Counted from the first letter of the stretch, positions 1 to 13,819 are shown. The stretch: 64,000 bases of DNA from Mobula hypostoma (GCF_963921235.1 NC_086097.1:168456001-168520000); one strand, 5' to 3'. Numbers and translations: made by a program. The notes: a model not told the origin generated them from the sequence alone.

Positions 1-1370
1 ATTCATGGCGAACGAGTTCCAGTTTCTGCCACCCTCATTTCTTTGGTTTCCTAACTTGAAGGATGAGCTGTAATTTTTAGACTCCTGCCCCTTTGGCTTT
101 TTTGCCTACCTTGACTCCCGCATGTAAGATGACAGAAAGCTTGATTTCACAGAATCATACTGGACAGAAATGGGCTCTTTCAGCCCACCTCTTTCTTGCT
201 ATCTGTGATGCCTACATAGTACTTGCATACTTTATGAACTTCTTTGGTTCTTTAACTTCAACTTAAGGCAATAGATGGAGATTGATGACGTGCAGATATA
301 TTCTACTGTTTTTCCTTTTGGGAATCCAAGTATTTACTGAAGAGGATCTTTTATAAAGTTCTGTGACTATAGGAAAATAGATACTGTTTATATCCATTAT
401 TTTTTAAAGTTATCCATGGGATGATACTTGTGCAAGGGTTTTGCATGCCAAAATGTACTTTTCTATACATTTTGTGAGTAACAACAGATGAATATTACAA
501 AACCAAATTGAAATTATTTATTGCTTTAGATGTTAGCTTTTAATTTTAGTCAGTGATTTGTTTTGATAATATTTCTGTTCTGCAGGTGCATGACAGAAAT
601 ATCATTTGTGTATTGGTATTTCATTGTGAAACTTGACCTGTATTTATTTTTAATTGTTGTAATTCAACCTTTGTTTTCCAGATTATATTATCTTTCCTCC
701 AGCCTGTGTATCCTCCAGACCATTCTAGGCATGTAATCTGAAACTGTTCTGCTGTTATGTACTGTAGCTAAGGAGTATTTTTTACTGAGAAAAACTTATT
801 TCATCATTTGGTAGAAAAGCCAAGCATTGAAGAATAATACAAGTATATCTGTGTTAATCTTTCTCTCAGATTCTATGTGTAATGGCCACAATTAGTTGAA
901 AGATGCCTTGCATTTTGACTCATTTGTGCACATCCATTGTGGATTCTTTATCCCGTGCAAAGTTGGTCTTTCAAGTTGAATATAAATTAGTGATTTGCTT
1001 CAAAAAAGTACAGATGTAATTTTATAAGTTGTTCTTTGATAAGTCTGTGCATAGATAACAAATAGGAATAGGACTATGACAGGCAGCAGAAACAGTACTA
1101 ATTCTGGAATCCAGAATTATACAGTATAAGGTTGCATAAAACAAGAGCATGAATAGGTCAGTCAATCAACCTTTGGAGTTCATTCAGTCAGATCATGGCT
1201 GATCCTGATCCAACCTAAGTCTCAACATTACTTTCCCATTTGCTCCCCATACCCTTTGATTCTTTTGTCAGTCACCATTTGATTCTAATGTTCTCCTGGA
1301 CAGAGAATACCTAAGATTCACGACCCTCAGAAGAACTTTTTCTTCATCCATCCTCAAACTTCTTATTCTG

Positions 1371-1563
1371 GCAACACACAAAATGCTGGAGGAACTCAGC
1401 AGGCCAGGCAGCATCTATGGAAAAAAATCCTGCTGAAGGGTCTAGGCCTGAAACGTCGCCTGTACTCTTTTCCATAGATGCTGCCTGGCCTGCTGAGTTC
1501 CTCCAGCATTTTGTCTGTGTTGCTTGGATTTCCAGCATCAGCAGATTCTCTCTTGTTTGTGAT
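1371..1563. mobile_element. Penelope-derived short element, fold-back arrangement
   Basis: 1371-1424 is the reverse complement of 1468-1523 (one mismatch). The sequence matches the terminal repeat of the Penelope copies elsewhere in the window. Confidence 0.75.
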
Positions 1564-2272
1564 TTGACTCCTTATTCTGAATGCCTAGATGATATCTATG
1601 GAGAAGTATCTCTTCACAATCTTAAATATTTAAGTAAGATCACCACTCGCTATTCTAAACTATAATTACAACACCATATCCATCAACTTTTATCAATCTT
1701 TTCAAACCAGTTTTTGTTCTGTATTTAAGGAATTATATACTTGCCTGCAGTAAAAATGTATTATTTCTTAAGTAGGGAGTCAAATCTATGTGCAGTAGTT
1801 CAGTTTCAGTCTCACACACTGCCCTGCAAAGCTGTATCAAATCTACTCCATGTTAATATTGTAAAAAATATTAGTCTTACTTATAGTTCCTATACCTGCA
1901 TGCTAACCTTTTGGTGCTTCATGCTTTAGAATTTTCTTGGATTCCTTTGAACTGCATCATTTACTTATTCTATCACACTCTAACTAATTATCCAATAATG
2001 GATAATCACATTTCCCCATAATAAATAGCAATTTTGAACCAGGCATCTATATTATTTCGCTCACTTCTCCTGGAGTAACAAGGCAATTGTCCTCTGTATG
2101 ATTTAGGATCTGTAATTCATGCTTATAAAATGAGAGAGGTTACGATATTCCCCTTTAGAGTTAACGGAACATATTCCACTAATTCTCTCAGCAGTGAAGA
2201 AGTTTGCATTCATTTATCAGCACCTTTTAGTCTTAATTTCTGCTTAATTCCTTTATCTATGTTCTCTTTCAG

Positions 2273-2386
2273 GGCTGCAAAGCTATAGAGTGGGTAATAA
2301 ACAAGACAAATGAGACTGAAGAATTATCAGCATCCGTCCAAGAGAATGTAAAGTCACCAACAGCTGTAGCAGCTGCTGAAGATTGA
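2273..2386 (+). CDS. PRELID3A: PRELI domain-containing protein 3 (SLMO family), last coding exon; probably the 3A paralog
   Basis: Polypyrimidine tract and AG at 2271-2272, then GCKAIEWVINKTNETEELSASVQENVKSPTAVAAAED* (TGA 2384-2386, second TGA follows). This resembles the PRELID3 terminal exon (GxxAxEWVI...EELxAS...PxAAAA). Paralog assigned from tail-to-tail synteny with SPIRE1, as in human 18p11. Confidence 0.82.
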   Translation, partial: GCKAIEWVINKTNETEELSASVQENVKSPTAVAAAED

Positions 2387-3580
2387 TGACCCCTGGTTGT
2401 GCCACACCTCTGACTTCTATTCAGGAAATTCACTTAGTAATGTGTTCGGTGTTATTTTAAGATGTCGTACCTTTTTTATGGAAAGACATTATAAGCTGCA
2501 AAATTGACTTTGGATGTATCAAACATTCAGGTCATTAAAATAAACAGCCAGCAGCCAAGCCTGTGAACATGGGGTACCAAGTTTCAAATTATTTATAGTA
2601 AGTTTTGTTTTTATAGTGTCCTTTGTTTGACCAACATCTAGTCAATAACAGTTCACAAAGTGGCATCTTTTGGTAGGTGTGTATGTATTTTTCTTTAAAG
2701 TAAGTGGTCTTATCCTTGAAATGCAACCAGAGGCATGGACAAGCATATGCACCTAAAGGAGCGTGCTGTTTGGCACCTATTGCGTTGCACTGGATTAATA
2801 CTTGACTGTGTAGTGGTTAATGTTGATGCCTTACAGCACTGAGTTAACAAAATGTTTATGTTTCAGAATGATGGTACAACGTCCTAAGTAAAATTTATTT
2901 TTATCATGAAGTTGAAATTTGGTTGTCTATCATTAGTGGCAGATCTCTGGAGGCTGGCCAGCTAGAATGCATAGGCATTCAACCAATGTTTTGGTCCTAA
3001 ACTATAAAGAAATATGTATTTGAAGTCAGCCTAAGTATGTGGGCTGAACAAAAGTACACTGACCAGTAACTCAATCACTTCAGCACAGCACTGTTACCAT
3101 AAAGATGTAACGCAATTTTGTGAAAGGCACGCATATCATAGTTCCAGAAATATTTCTATCAACGCAAAACTATTTACAATGTTTGCGCAAAAGGATTCCC
3201 ATACCAGTCAGCTTTAGATAACTTCTAGCTTGACATTTGGACTATTTTTGCATAATTCTTTCTCAAATAATTTCATTTTGTTCCAATACAATTATTTTAA
3301 AAACATTTAACAGAGGTTAGATTGTTTTCTGAATATTTATGTATTTAAATCCTGACTTGTGCTTAAAATACAGGATATTTTCTCTGAAATACCTTGTTTT
3401 TTTTCCAACATTATCATGTATTTAAAAAAAACTCTGAAAATTCTTTAGAATAGCAAGTTGAGGCATACTGTATTTTGGAGAAGTAAACTGAAATTGATTG
3501 TACTGTATCCATGCAATCTGCAGCTGACAATCCTTGTTTAACTTTTAGCATTAAATCCACATGTATTCTGCTCTCCCGAG
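2387..3580 (+). other. PRELID3A: Probable PRELID3A 3' UTR
   Basis: Repeat-free AT-rich sequence after the stop, with AATAAA at 2539-2544 and ATTAAA at 3550-3555. The actual end is uncertain. Confidence 0.5.
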
Positions 3581-3785
3581 CATGTGGATCAGTGGAGAAC
3601 AACTCATTTACTTGTGATTTTGATAGCAGTGTTTCTGTTTCCTATTTATGTGACTAGAAAATGTTGGAAACAGTCTGCTAACAAGGGTGGGGTTCAGGCC
3701 CAATCTAACCCACAGCTTCAACTGCCTGTTGCAGTATACCTGTCTCTCTATGGGGTAGCAAGGTTCTTTCTACCATGGGATGAGT

Positions 3786-5995
3786 CTCAGAGTCACAGAA
3801 CACTAAAGCACAAACAAGCCCTTTAGCCCATCTAGCCTGTGCCCAACAATTAAACTGCCTCGAGTCAATTATCTGCACCCAGACCGTAGCCCTCCATACC
3901 CATCCCATTCTTGTACCTATCCAAATTTCTCTTAATTGTTGAAATTGGACCCCCATCCACCACTTGCATTGGCAGCTCATTCCGCACTCTGAGTGAAGAA
4001 GCCCCCCCTTTTGACCCTGTTCACCTTTCACCCTTAACTTATGACCTCTAGTTGTAGTCTCACCCAATCTCAGTGGGCAAAGTTGCTTGCATTTACCTTG
4101 TTTATCACCCCTCATAATTTTGTATACCTCTATCAAATCTCCCGTCCATCTTCTATATTCCCAGGAATAAAGTCTTAACCTACTCAATCTTTCCCTGGAA
4201 CTTAGGTCCTCAAATTCTGACAACATCCTTGTAAATAAGATTGAAAGAGAGCAAAGAAAATTTACACCTTTCCTGTAGGCAGTTGACGAAAGCTGCACAC
4301 AGTACTTCAAATTAGGCCTCAATAATGTTGTATACAATTTCAACATAATATCCCAACTCTACTCAGTACATTGGCCTTCATTAAACCATGTGCCAAAAGC
4401 TTACTTTTCAACCCATGGCTAAGGATGCCACTTCCAAGGAATCTTGGATCTGTATTGCCAGATCCCTCTGTTCTACTGCACTCGTCAGTGCCTTACCACT
4501 GACCATGTAAGACTTATACTGGTTGTCGTCCCAAAGTGCAATGCCTCACATTTGTCTGCATTTAATTTCATCTGCCATTTTTCCAGCTGATCCAGACCCT
4601 GCTGCGAGCTTTAATAGTCTTCCTCACAGTCCACTATACCCAAAATCTTGGTGTCATCTGCAAATTTTTCTGATGCAGTTTACCACGTTATCATCCAGTT
4701 GCTATAGATGACAAGCAACAATGGACCCAGTACTAGCCCCTGCAGAATGCCACTAGTCACAGACCTCCAAACAGAGAGGCAACCATTTACAACCATTCTC
4801 CTGCAAAGCCAGAGACTAATCCAATTTATTACCTCATCTTGACCAACCTCCCATACAGGACCTTGTCAAAGGCATTGCTAAGGTCCATGTAGACAACATC
4901 CACTGCCTTGCCTTCATCAACTTTCCTGGTAGCTACCTTAAAAAACTGTATAAGATTGACTAGACCTGACTTACCACGTACAAAGCCATGCTGACTAGCC
5001 CTAATCAGTCCCTGTCAACCCAAATACTTATAGATCCAGTCCCTTAGAATACTTTCCAATAGCTTTCCCACCTATATTGTCAAGCTGACTGGCCTATAAT
5101 TTCCTGGCTTATTCTTAGGGCTTTTCTGGAAAAAAAAGAGAACAAATTTATCTATCCTCCAATCCTCTGGCACCCTACCCATGGCTAAGGATGTTTTAAA
5201 TATCTCTGCTAGGACCCTGGCATTTTCTGCACTTGCCTCCTGCAGGGTCTGAGGGAACACCTTGTCAGGTCATGGGGATTTATCCACCTAATACGTCTCT
5301 TTCAGCTCCATGTATAGATTACCATTCTGATCTTCTAGAGAACCAATTTTGTCCCCTGCTATCCTTCTGCTCTTAATATATTTGTAGAAGCCCTTAGGAT
5401 TCTCCTTCACTTTGCTAGAGCAGTCTCATATCTTCTTTTAGCCCTTCTGATTTCCTCCTTAAATGTTCTCTTGCATTTCTTATACCTACTCCTTTAGAAT
5501 CTCATTTGTTTCCGCCTACCTATACCTGCTGTGCATCTCCTTTTTCTTAACCAGGGCCTTAACACCTCTCAAAAACGAAGGTTCCCTTATCCTTGCCTTT
5601 TATTCTGGCAGGAACATAGAGACTGTACTCTCAAGAATTCACTTTTGATGGCTTCCCACTTACTAGGTACAGCTTTGGTAGAGAACAGCCTGTCCCAATC
5701 CACATTTGCCAGATCGTTTCTAATACCTTCAAAATTGGCCTTTCTCCAATTTAGAATCTTAACTCCAGGACTAGACCTATTCTTTTCTATAATTACCTTG
5801 AAAGTAACGGCATTATGCTCACTAGATGCAAAGTGTGCCCCTTCATAAACTTTTATTACCTGCCCTGTCTCTGTCCCTCACAGGAGATGTGGTTTCACCC
5901 TCTCTCTAGTTGGAATTTATATGTACTGTTTAAGGAAACTTTCCTGAATGCATTTGACAAACTCCCTCCCTTAAATCCGGTTTACAGTATGCTGA
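3786..5995 (-). mobile_element. CR1 LINE, degenerate ORF2
   Basis: Fragments LRPNLKYCVQ, GDLIEVYKIM and PGNYRPVSLT, with stops and frameshifts. Confidence 0.9.
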
Positions 5996-7155
5996 TGAAA
6001 AGTAATGTGTCTTGTTTCTCTTAAAGTGGTACCTTGTTGGATTTTAATTACGTAGCCTAGTAATTTGGATTTCCCAATATAAGGAATCCATTACATAGTC
6101 ATTATCTTGCAATTGGAGGGAGAAGGCAGAAATTCGAACGGACTGGGATGTCTGAGATTATAAAAATCCTGCCTTAATGAAATCCATGCCTCTTTCCTCT
6201 GGAAATCCGGCAGACATCATGGAAAGCTAGCCAATTTTTGGATTGATCCAGAAGTTTTTTTTTTCTCCAAGAATATATTTACATAGAAAACTTAAACTGT
6301 TTGGATGTTATAATAGCAAATAAGTATCAAATGGACGAATAGGATTAATAAGTTATCTGAAAAGAGATGAACTGCTTAGAATATGCTGTACAGCACTAGG
6401 TATCTTTACTAATTCATGATTTTTTTTTTAGAGGATTCAGGCGTTGCCTTCTCACTCTAATCTTGAATGCATTGTGGAAAAGAGTATAGTCAACGTTTCG
6501 GGCCCAGAACCTTCATTGGGACTCAATACGTACTCTTTTCCATAGGTACTTAGTGGCCTGCTGAGTTCCTCCAGCTTTGTGTGTGTGTTGTTTGGATTTC
6601 CAGCATTTGCAGAATTTCTCTTGTTTGTGACACCAGTGTAGGAAAGCTTTGCTGTAGTTATAAATAATGTTGTAAACCACAACTGAAGTACTGAATGTAG
6701 ATTTGGATGCTTTGTTTATGGGAAGATGTACTTGCCACAAACAAATATAAGAGTGGGTATGTTGGACCTATAGTCTTTTGAAGTTTAGAAGAATAAGAAA
6801 GTCGGTGAAATATAAGAACCTGGGCAGATGCTGATCAGAGTAGATGTTGAGAGGCTATTTCCTTCAGGGGGAAGAATTGAGAAGTCGGGGTGAATAGTCT
6901 TAAGCAAAGTCTCCATTTAAGATGAGCTTAGAAGGAATTTCTTTTTCTAAAGAGAGTTGAATCTTTGGAATCTTCTGGCTCTCAGATTCATAGATATTGA
7001 GTTCTTCATTACATTAATGGATGAGACATGATTAGACTTTAGGAGAATGGAGGGTTACAGAAAACAGACAGGAATGTAGAGCCAAAGACAAGATCAGAGT
7101 AACTATGGTCTCTCTGAATGGCAAACAATCCCAATGGGCAGTAAAGCCTACTATT

Positions 7156-9545
7156 TAGAACATAGAAAACTCACAGCACAATACAGGCCCTTCGCCCCAC
7201 AAAGCTGTGCCGAACATGTCCTCACCTTAGAAATTACCTAGGGTTACCCATAGCCTTCTATTTTTCTAAGCTCCATGTACCTATCCAGGAGCCTCTTAAA
7301 ATACCCTATCATATCCGCCTCCACCACTGTCGCCGGCAGCCCCTTCCATGCACTCACCACTCTCTGCATAAAAAAAACTTACCCTGACATCTCCTCTGTA
7401 CCTACTTCCAAGCACCTTAAAACTGTGCCCTCTCATGTTAGTCATTCAGCCCTGGGAAAAAGCCTCTGACTATCCACATAATCAATGCCTCTCATCATCT
7501 TATATACCTCTATCAGGTCACTTCTCATCCTCTGTCACTCCAAGGAAAATAGGCTGAGTTCACTCAACCTATTCTCATTCTCATAAGGCACACTCCCCAA
7601 TCCAGGCAACATCCTTGTAAACCTCCTCTGCACCCTTTTCTATGGTTTCCACATCCTTTCTGTAGTGAGGCGACCAGAACTGAGCACAGTACTCCAAGTG
7701 AGGTCTGACCAGGGTCCTATATAGCTGCAACATTAGCTCTCGGCTCCTAAATCCATTTCCACGATTGATGAAGGCCAATACACCGTATGTCTTCTGAACC
7801 ACAGAGCCAACCTGCTCAGCTCCTTTGAGTGTCCTACGGACTCGGACCCCAAGATCCCTTGATCCTCCACACTGCCAAGAGTCTTACCATTAATACTATA
7901 TTCTGCCATCATATTTGACCTACCAAAATGAACCACTTCACACTTATCTGGGTTGAACTCCATCTGCCACTTCTCAGCCCAGTTTTGCATCCTATCAATG
8001 TCCCCTTGTAACCTCTGACGGCCTTACACACTATCCACAACACTTCCAACTTTTGTGTCATCAGCAAATTTACTAACCCCTCCCTCCACTTCCTCATCCA
8101 GGTTATTCATAAAAATCAGGAAGAGCAGCATTCCCAGAAGACATCCCTGAGGCACACCACTGGTCAACGACCCCCCCCCCCCCATGCAGAATATGACCCA
8201 CCTACAACCACTCTTTGCCTTCTGTGGATGAACAAAGCAACGTTCCCTTGGATTTCATGCCTCCTTACTTTCTCAATAAGCCTTGCATGGGGTACCTTAT
8301 CAAATGCCTTGCTGAAATCCATATACACTACATCTACTGCTCTATCTTCATCCATGTGTTTAGTCACATTCTCAAAAAATTCAATCAGGCTGGTAAGGTA
8401 CGACCTGCCTTTGACAAAGCCATGCTGACTATTCCTAATCATATTATGCTTCTCCAAATGTTCATAAATCCTGCCTCTCAGGATCTTCTCCATTAACTTA
8501 CCAACCACTGAAGTAAAACTCATTTGTCTATAATTTCATGGGCTATCTCTACTCCCTTTCTTGAATAAAGAAATAATATCTGCAATCCTCCAGTCCTCTG
8601 GAACCTCTCCCGTCCCTATTGTTGATGCAAAGATCATTGCCAGAGGCTCAGCAATCTCTTCTCTCACCTCCCACAGTAGCCTGGGGTACACCTCATCCAG
8701 TCCCAGTGACTTATCCAACTTGATGCTTTACAAAAGCTCCAGCACATCCTCTTCCCTAATATCTACATGCTGCAGCTTTTCAGTCTGCTGTAAGTCATCC
8801 CTACAATTGCCAAGATCCTTTTCCGTAGTGAATACTGAAGCAAAGTACTCATTAAGTACCTCTGCTATCTCCTCTGGTTCCATACACACTTTTCCACTGT
8901 CAAACTTGATTAGTTCTGTTCTCTCACGTCTTATCCTCTTGCTCTTCACGTACATGTAAAATGCCTTGGGGTTTTCCTTAATCCTGTCCACCAAGGCCTT
9001 CTCATGGCCCTCTCTGGCTCTCTTAATTTCATTCTTAAGCTCCTTCCTGCTAGTCTTATCATCTTCTAGATATCTATCATTACCTAGTTTTTTGGACCTT
9101 TCGTAAGCTCATCTTTTCTTCTTGACTAGATTTACAACAGCCTTTGTACACCACAGTTCCTGTCCCCTACCATCCTTTCCCTGTCTCATTGGAACGTACC
9201 TATGCAGAACTCCATGCAAGTATCCCCTGAACATTTGCCACATTTCTTCCATACGTTTCCCTGAGAACATCTGTTTCCAATTTATGCTTCCAAGTTCCTG
9301 CCTGATAGCATCATATTTCCCTTACTCCAATTAAACACTTTCCTAACTTGTCTGTTCCTATCCTTCACCAAAGCTATGGTAAAGGAGATAGAATTGTGAT
9401 CACCATCTCCAAAATGCTCTCCCACTGAGAGATCTGACACTTGGCCAGGTTCATTTCCCAATACCAGATCAAGTACAGCCTCTCCTCTTGTAGGCGTATC
9501 CACATATTGTGTCAAGAAACCTTCCTGAACACACCTAACAAACTC
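7156..9545 (-). mobile_element. CR1 LINE, 5'-truncated
   Basis: RT motifs SQHGFVKGRSYLTSLIEFF, YMDFSKAFDKVPH and VRPHLEYCAQFWSP; endonuclease C-terminal LDLVL...GDHN; 3' tail near 7156. Confidence 0.93.
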
Positions 9546-10155
9546 TTTCCTACATTCTTACCTTTAGTGACATGATAGCAAACTTGATTATTTAAATGCA
9601 AATCTGTGGTCATTAGAAGAATAATGTTAGAATGAGTGTCTCTGTGCTACATTTGCTCAGGGATCTCCGGGAATCGAAGATAAAGCATGATATTGCTAAC
9701 AGCAACCAAGGTGAAAGTCCTTTTTCTTTGAATGTTTACATACAAGAAAGGAAATGAACCCTGCAAGCACAAGGAATCACAAATGAGAAAATCTGCAGAT
9801 GCTGGAAATCCGAACAACACACACACAATGCTGGAGGAACCCAGCAGGCCAGGCAGCATCTATGGAAATGAATAAATAGTCGACATTTTGGGCCGAGGCC
9901 CTTCAACAGCACAATGCATAGTTGCCCATTTGTCTTTGAGTCTGAGCTACTACTCCGAAAGATCAGGACTAATCTTGGGACTGAAGACCATCTATTTACT
10001 TAAACCTCAATGACCTCAGCCTACCACTTTCTAACTCTGACTTTTTTTTTTCTCCAGTCCTGATGAAGGGCCTCGGCCCAAAACATGCACTATACTATTC
10101 TCCATAGGTGCTGCCTGGCCTGCTGAGTTTCTCCAGTATTTTGTGTGTGTTGCAA

Positions 10156-11140
10156 GTATTCCATAAGCCTTCTTAACCACCTTATCAACCTGTGTAGCTA
10201 CTTTCAAGGAGCTATGACCTTTGGACCCTATGATCTCTCTGCTCAACAACACTGTTAAGGATCATGTGCTTAACTGTGGACTGCTCCTTGCATTTACCCT
10301 ACCAGGGTGCAACACCTCACATTTATCTGGGGTAAGCTCCTTTTGACATTTCTCTACCTATATCTACAACTGATCTATATCAGGCTGTATTCTTTATCAG
10401 TCTCCTAAACTATTTGCAACTCCACCAATATTGGTTTCATTGGCAAACTTACTAATCCCTTCACCTACTATTCTCTGTTTTCTATGTGCAAGCCAGTTCT
10501 GAATCCAAACAGCTAATTCACCATGGACCCCATGAATCTTAATCTTCTGGTTTAACCTCCCATGAGAGGCATTGTCAAACACCGTACTAAAATCCACGTA
10601 GACAGCATCCACTGCTCCTACCCTCATCTATCACTCTTGTCAGAAACTGATTCAAGTTAGTAAGACACGACTTGCCCGGCACAAAGCCATGCTGGGCTCT
10701 CCCTAATTAAGCCATGGGTTTCCACATGCTCATATATCCCCCATCTCCTAGAATTCTCTCCAGCAATTTCTCTTCAACTGGTTTATAGTTCCCAGGATTT
10801 TCCTCTGTTCCCTTCTTAAATAGAGATTCAACATTAGCTATTTGCCAGTCCTCCAGGACCTCAATGGTGCCTAGATGGACAAGAAGGTACTGGGTCAAGG
10901 CACCAGTAATCTCATCTCTTGCCTCCCTCAATAACTTGAGGTAAATTCCAAAAAGCTCTGGGGACTTATTCACCTTAATACTCCCTAGGAGATCTAATAC
11001 TTTTTCTCCTTGACCTCTAAATGCCCTAACATATTTATGCACTCTGCACTGATCTTCTGGTCCTCCATGTCCTTTTCTTTGGTAAGTATTGAAGTAAAAT
11101 ACTCATTCAGGACCTCACTCACATTCTCCGCATCCAAACA
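10156..11140 (-). mobile_element. CR1 LINE fragment (resumes at about 11918-11990 after a Penelope insertion)
   Basis: DAVYVDFSTVFD, NPGNYKPV and WIQNWLAHRKQR. Confidence 0.85.
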
Positions 11141-11917
11141 AGTGCTACACTTGCCCTTACACTTCCTCCCTTACCACCATTCAGGGCCCCAGACAGTCCT
11201 TCCAGGTGAGGCGACACCTCACCTGTGATTCGGCTGGGGTGATATACTGCATCCAGTGCTCCCGATGTGGCCTTCTATATATTGGCGAGACCCGATGCAG
11301 ACTGGGAGATCGTTCTGCTGAGCACCTACGCTCTGTCTGCCAGAGAAGGCCAGAGATCTCCCAGTGGCCACACATTTTAATTCCACATCCCATTCCCATT
11401 CTTATATATCTATCCACGGCCTCCTCTACTGTAAAGATGAAGTCACACTCAGGTTGGAGGAACAACACCTTATATTCTGTCTGGGTAGCCTCCAACATGA
11501 ACATTGACTTCTCTAACTTCCGCTAATGCCCCACCTCCCCCTCGTACCCCATCCGTTATTTATTTATATACACACATTCTTTCTCTCTCTCTCCTTTTTC
11601 TCCCTCTGTCCCTCTGACTATACCCCTTGCCCATCCTCTGGGTTCCCCCCCTCCCCCTTTTCCTTCTCAGTGAGCCTCCTGTCCCACGATCCTCTCATAT
11701 CCCTTTTGCCAATCACCTGTCCAGCTTTTGGCTCCATCCCTCCCCCTCCCACTTTCAAATCTCTTACTAGCTCTTCCTTCAGTTAGTCCTGATGAAGGGT
11801 CTCGGCCCGAAACGTCGACTGTACCTCTTCCTAGAGATGCTGCCTGGCCTGCTGCATTCACCAGCAACTTTGATGTGTGTTGCTTGAATTTCCAGCATCT
11901 GCAGAATTCTTCGTGTT
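11141..11917 (+). mobile_element. Penelope-like element, 3' part (GIY-YIG endonuclease and pseudo-LTR)
   Basis: TCDSAGVIYCIQCSRCGLLYIGETRCRLGDRSAEHLRS, followed by the terminal repeat also seen at 14686-15085 and 16749-17215. Confidence 0.92.
11785..11820 (+). ncRNA. Minimal type I hammerhead ribozyme in a Penelope pseudo-LTR
   Basis: AGTC-CTGATGA-A-GGGT(CTCG)GCCC-GAAA-CG-TC-GACT. Core boxes intact, stem I AGTC/GACT, stem II hairpin, palindromic ACGT in place of stem III, GUC cleavage triplet. Confidence 0.75.
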
Positions 11918-13819
11918 TACCCTCTTTATCCTTGAGTGGTCTTAGCTTCTCCCTAGGTATCCTCTTGCTCTACCTGCTGCCTAATCTGAAGTTTCCCAGC
12001 ATTTTGTTTTAATTGAAGACAGGAGAGGGTCAGATTTCTCACCCAGAAAATGTCATCAATAAGATGGAAAGTTGCCTTCACACCTAAAGATTGATTGGTT
12101 TGTAATGAACATTGCAATAGGGAGATGGTGACCAACACTTGGAATTATTCAGAAAACACATACTGGAGGGGGTAGGGCATCATTACAATCTTTCTAGATA
12201 GATGAATTACATTGTGCCTCTTGTCCATTCTCAGCTCAAATTATCTTGTGAACATGCAAACCGTTTGATTCTAGTTATTTGTATTTAAGTGGTGAGAGCC
12301 ACATTTATTAGCATGGACCACTAGATGGAGTCTAATACAACCTAACTCCTCATTTCTTCTACTATGCTCTAGATAATGTGAGTAATTTTACCAGACAATT
12401 TTAAAAGATCTATTTCCAGAGATTCATCTTTCTTTGCTATGTGCTATTTTTAGGGTGTTTTTTTTTACTTCACAAGTAGCTTTTGAGATTGAAATAACTC
12501 TGAGAATTCAAAGCAGTCAGTTTGAAGGGATTATGCAGCCAGTATCATTAGTAAAGTGGAATTATACAACAATCAAACTAGACATTTTAGTTAAGGAGAC
12601 CCTGTATTTCTCACATTTCATGTACCTTTAAGTTTTCCATGTCTTTTTACATTGAGATGCATCTTTTCATTTAAAAATAATTTATACATAATTTATATAT
12701 AGAAAAATAATAATTGTAATAAAATCTAGAAGAAAATTTGCAGGACACTTTACATTCTTTGTGACATTTGGTCAACGTATTGAACAGTGTTAATGCTTAT
12801 CGCTTAAACCATAGCACCATTGCCACATGCAGTCCTCTGGGGTGATACACCCTTTCATTATCTGAGGGTCTTCCTCACCCAGCTCAGCTCCCCAAACCTG
12901 GTAACAGAAGGAGCTTAAGTTGTGATCCTCTTAACATTAAGACACTTTTCTATATATATGGGGATCCTTTGACAATTCAGATCCATGCCAGGACCCTGAC
13001 AACATGGATCATTCACCTTTACTTGGAAGCCTGTTCTAAGCAAAGGCAACATCATTCACAAAGACTACCAGTAACAAAGGCCCGCAATGTACCCGCTCAG
13101 CCTTTAGCTGCCCATGGAAAAGGAGCTCATGGTCTACTGAGCAGCAGTGGTGTACACTTCAAAACTATTGGCTATTTAGAGTAGGCACCAGGGAACTACT
13201 TCCCATTATCACTGGCAGGATCAGCAAACCAAATCAGTCATCTTCATCCAATCCAGCATCCCCAACATTAAGGTTGTAATTAACTGAACCCAATCCAGCG
13301 AGTGAACTATTTCATCCACATACTTGGCAAGAGAATCTCAAAGCAAACACTCTAGCCTGAGCTCCAACACAGTAAGCAAATACCAGGGAAGTGTAATAAA
13401 GGGGAGCAGCAAAAGTTCATCAGATTGTTTTGAGATGGAGCTTGTGCTAAGAGGAGAGGATAAGCAGACTGAGCCCATACACTAAGTTTAGTAGAATGAG
13501 GGTTTATGTGGGGCTTGACTGGTTAGATGCAAGGATGCATCTCACTTTCAAGGACTCTTCATCTCATGTTCTCGATATTTATTTATTATAATTATTATTT
13601 ATTTTCTTTTTGTATTTGTAGTTTGCAATCTTTTGCACAATGATAGTTTGTCCAACCTCTGGGGGGGGGCGGCCTTTCATTTGATTCTATTGTGTTTCTT
13701 ATATTTACTGTGAATGCCCTGAATAAAGTGAATCTCAGGGTTGTATATGGTGACATAATACAGTATGTACTTTGACAATAAATTTACTTTGAATTTTGGA
13801 CTTTGAACTTTTGATATTA

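Noticed and set aside
586..740. Additional PRELID3A exons after AG sites at about 588 and 681
   Set aside because: No PRELI-like translation and no convincing donor; treated as intron.
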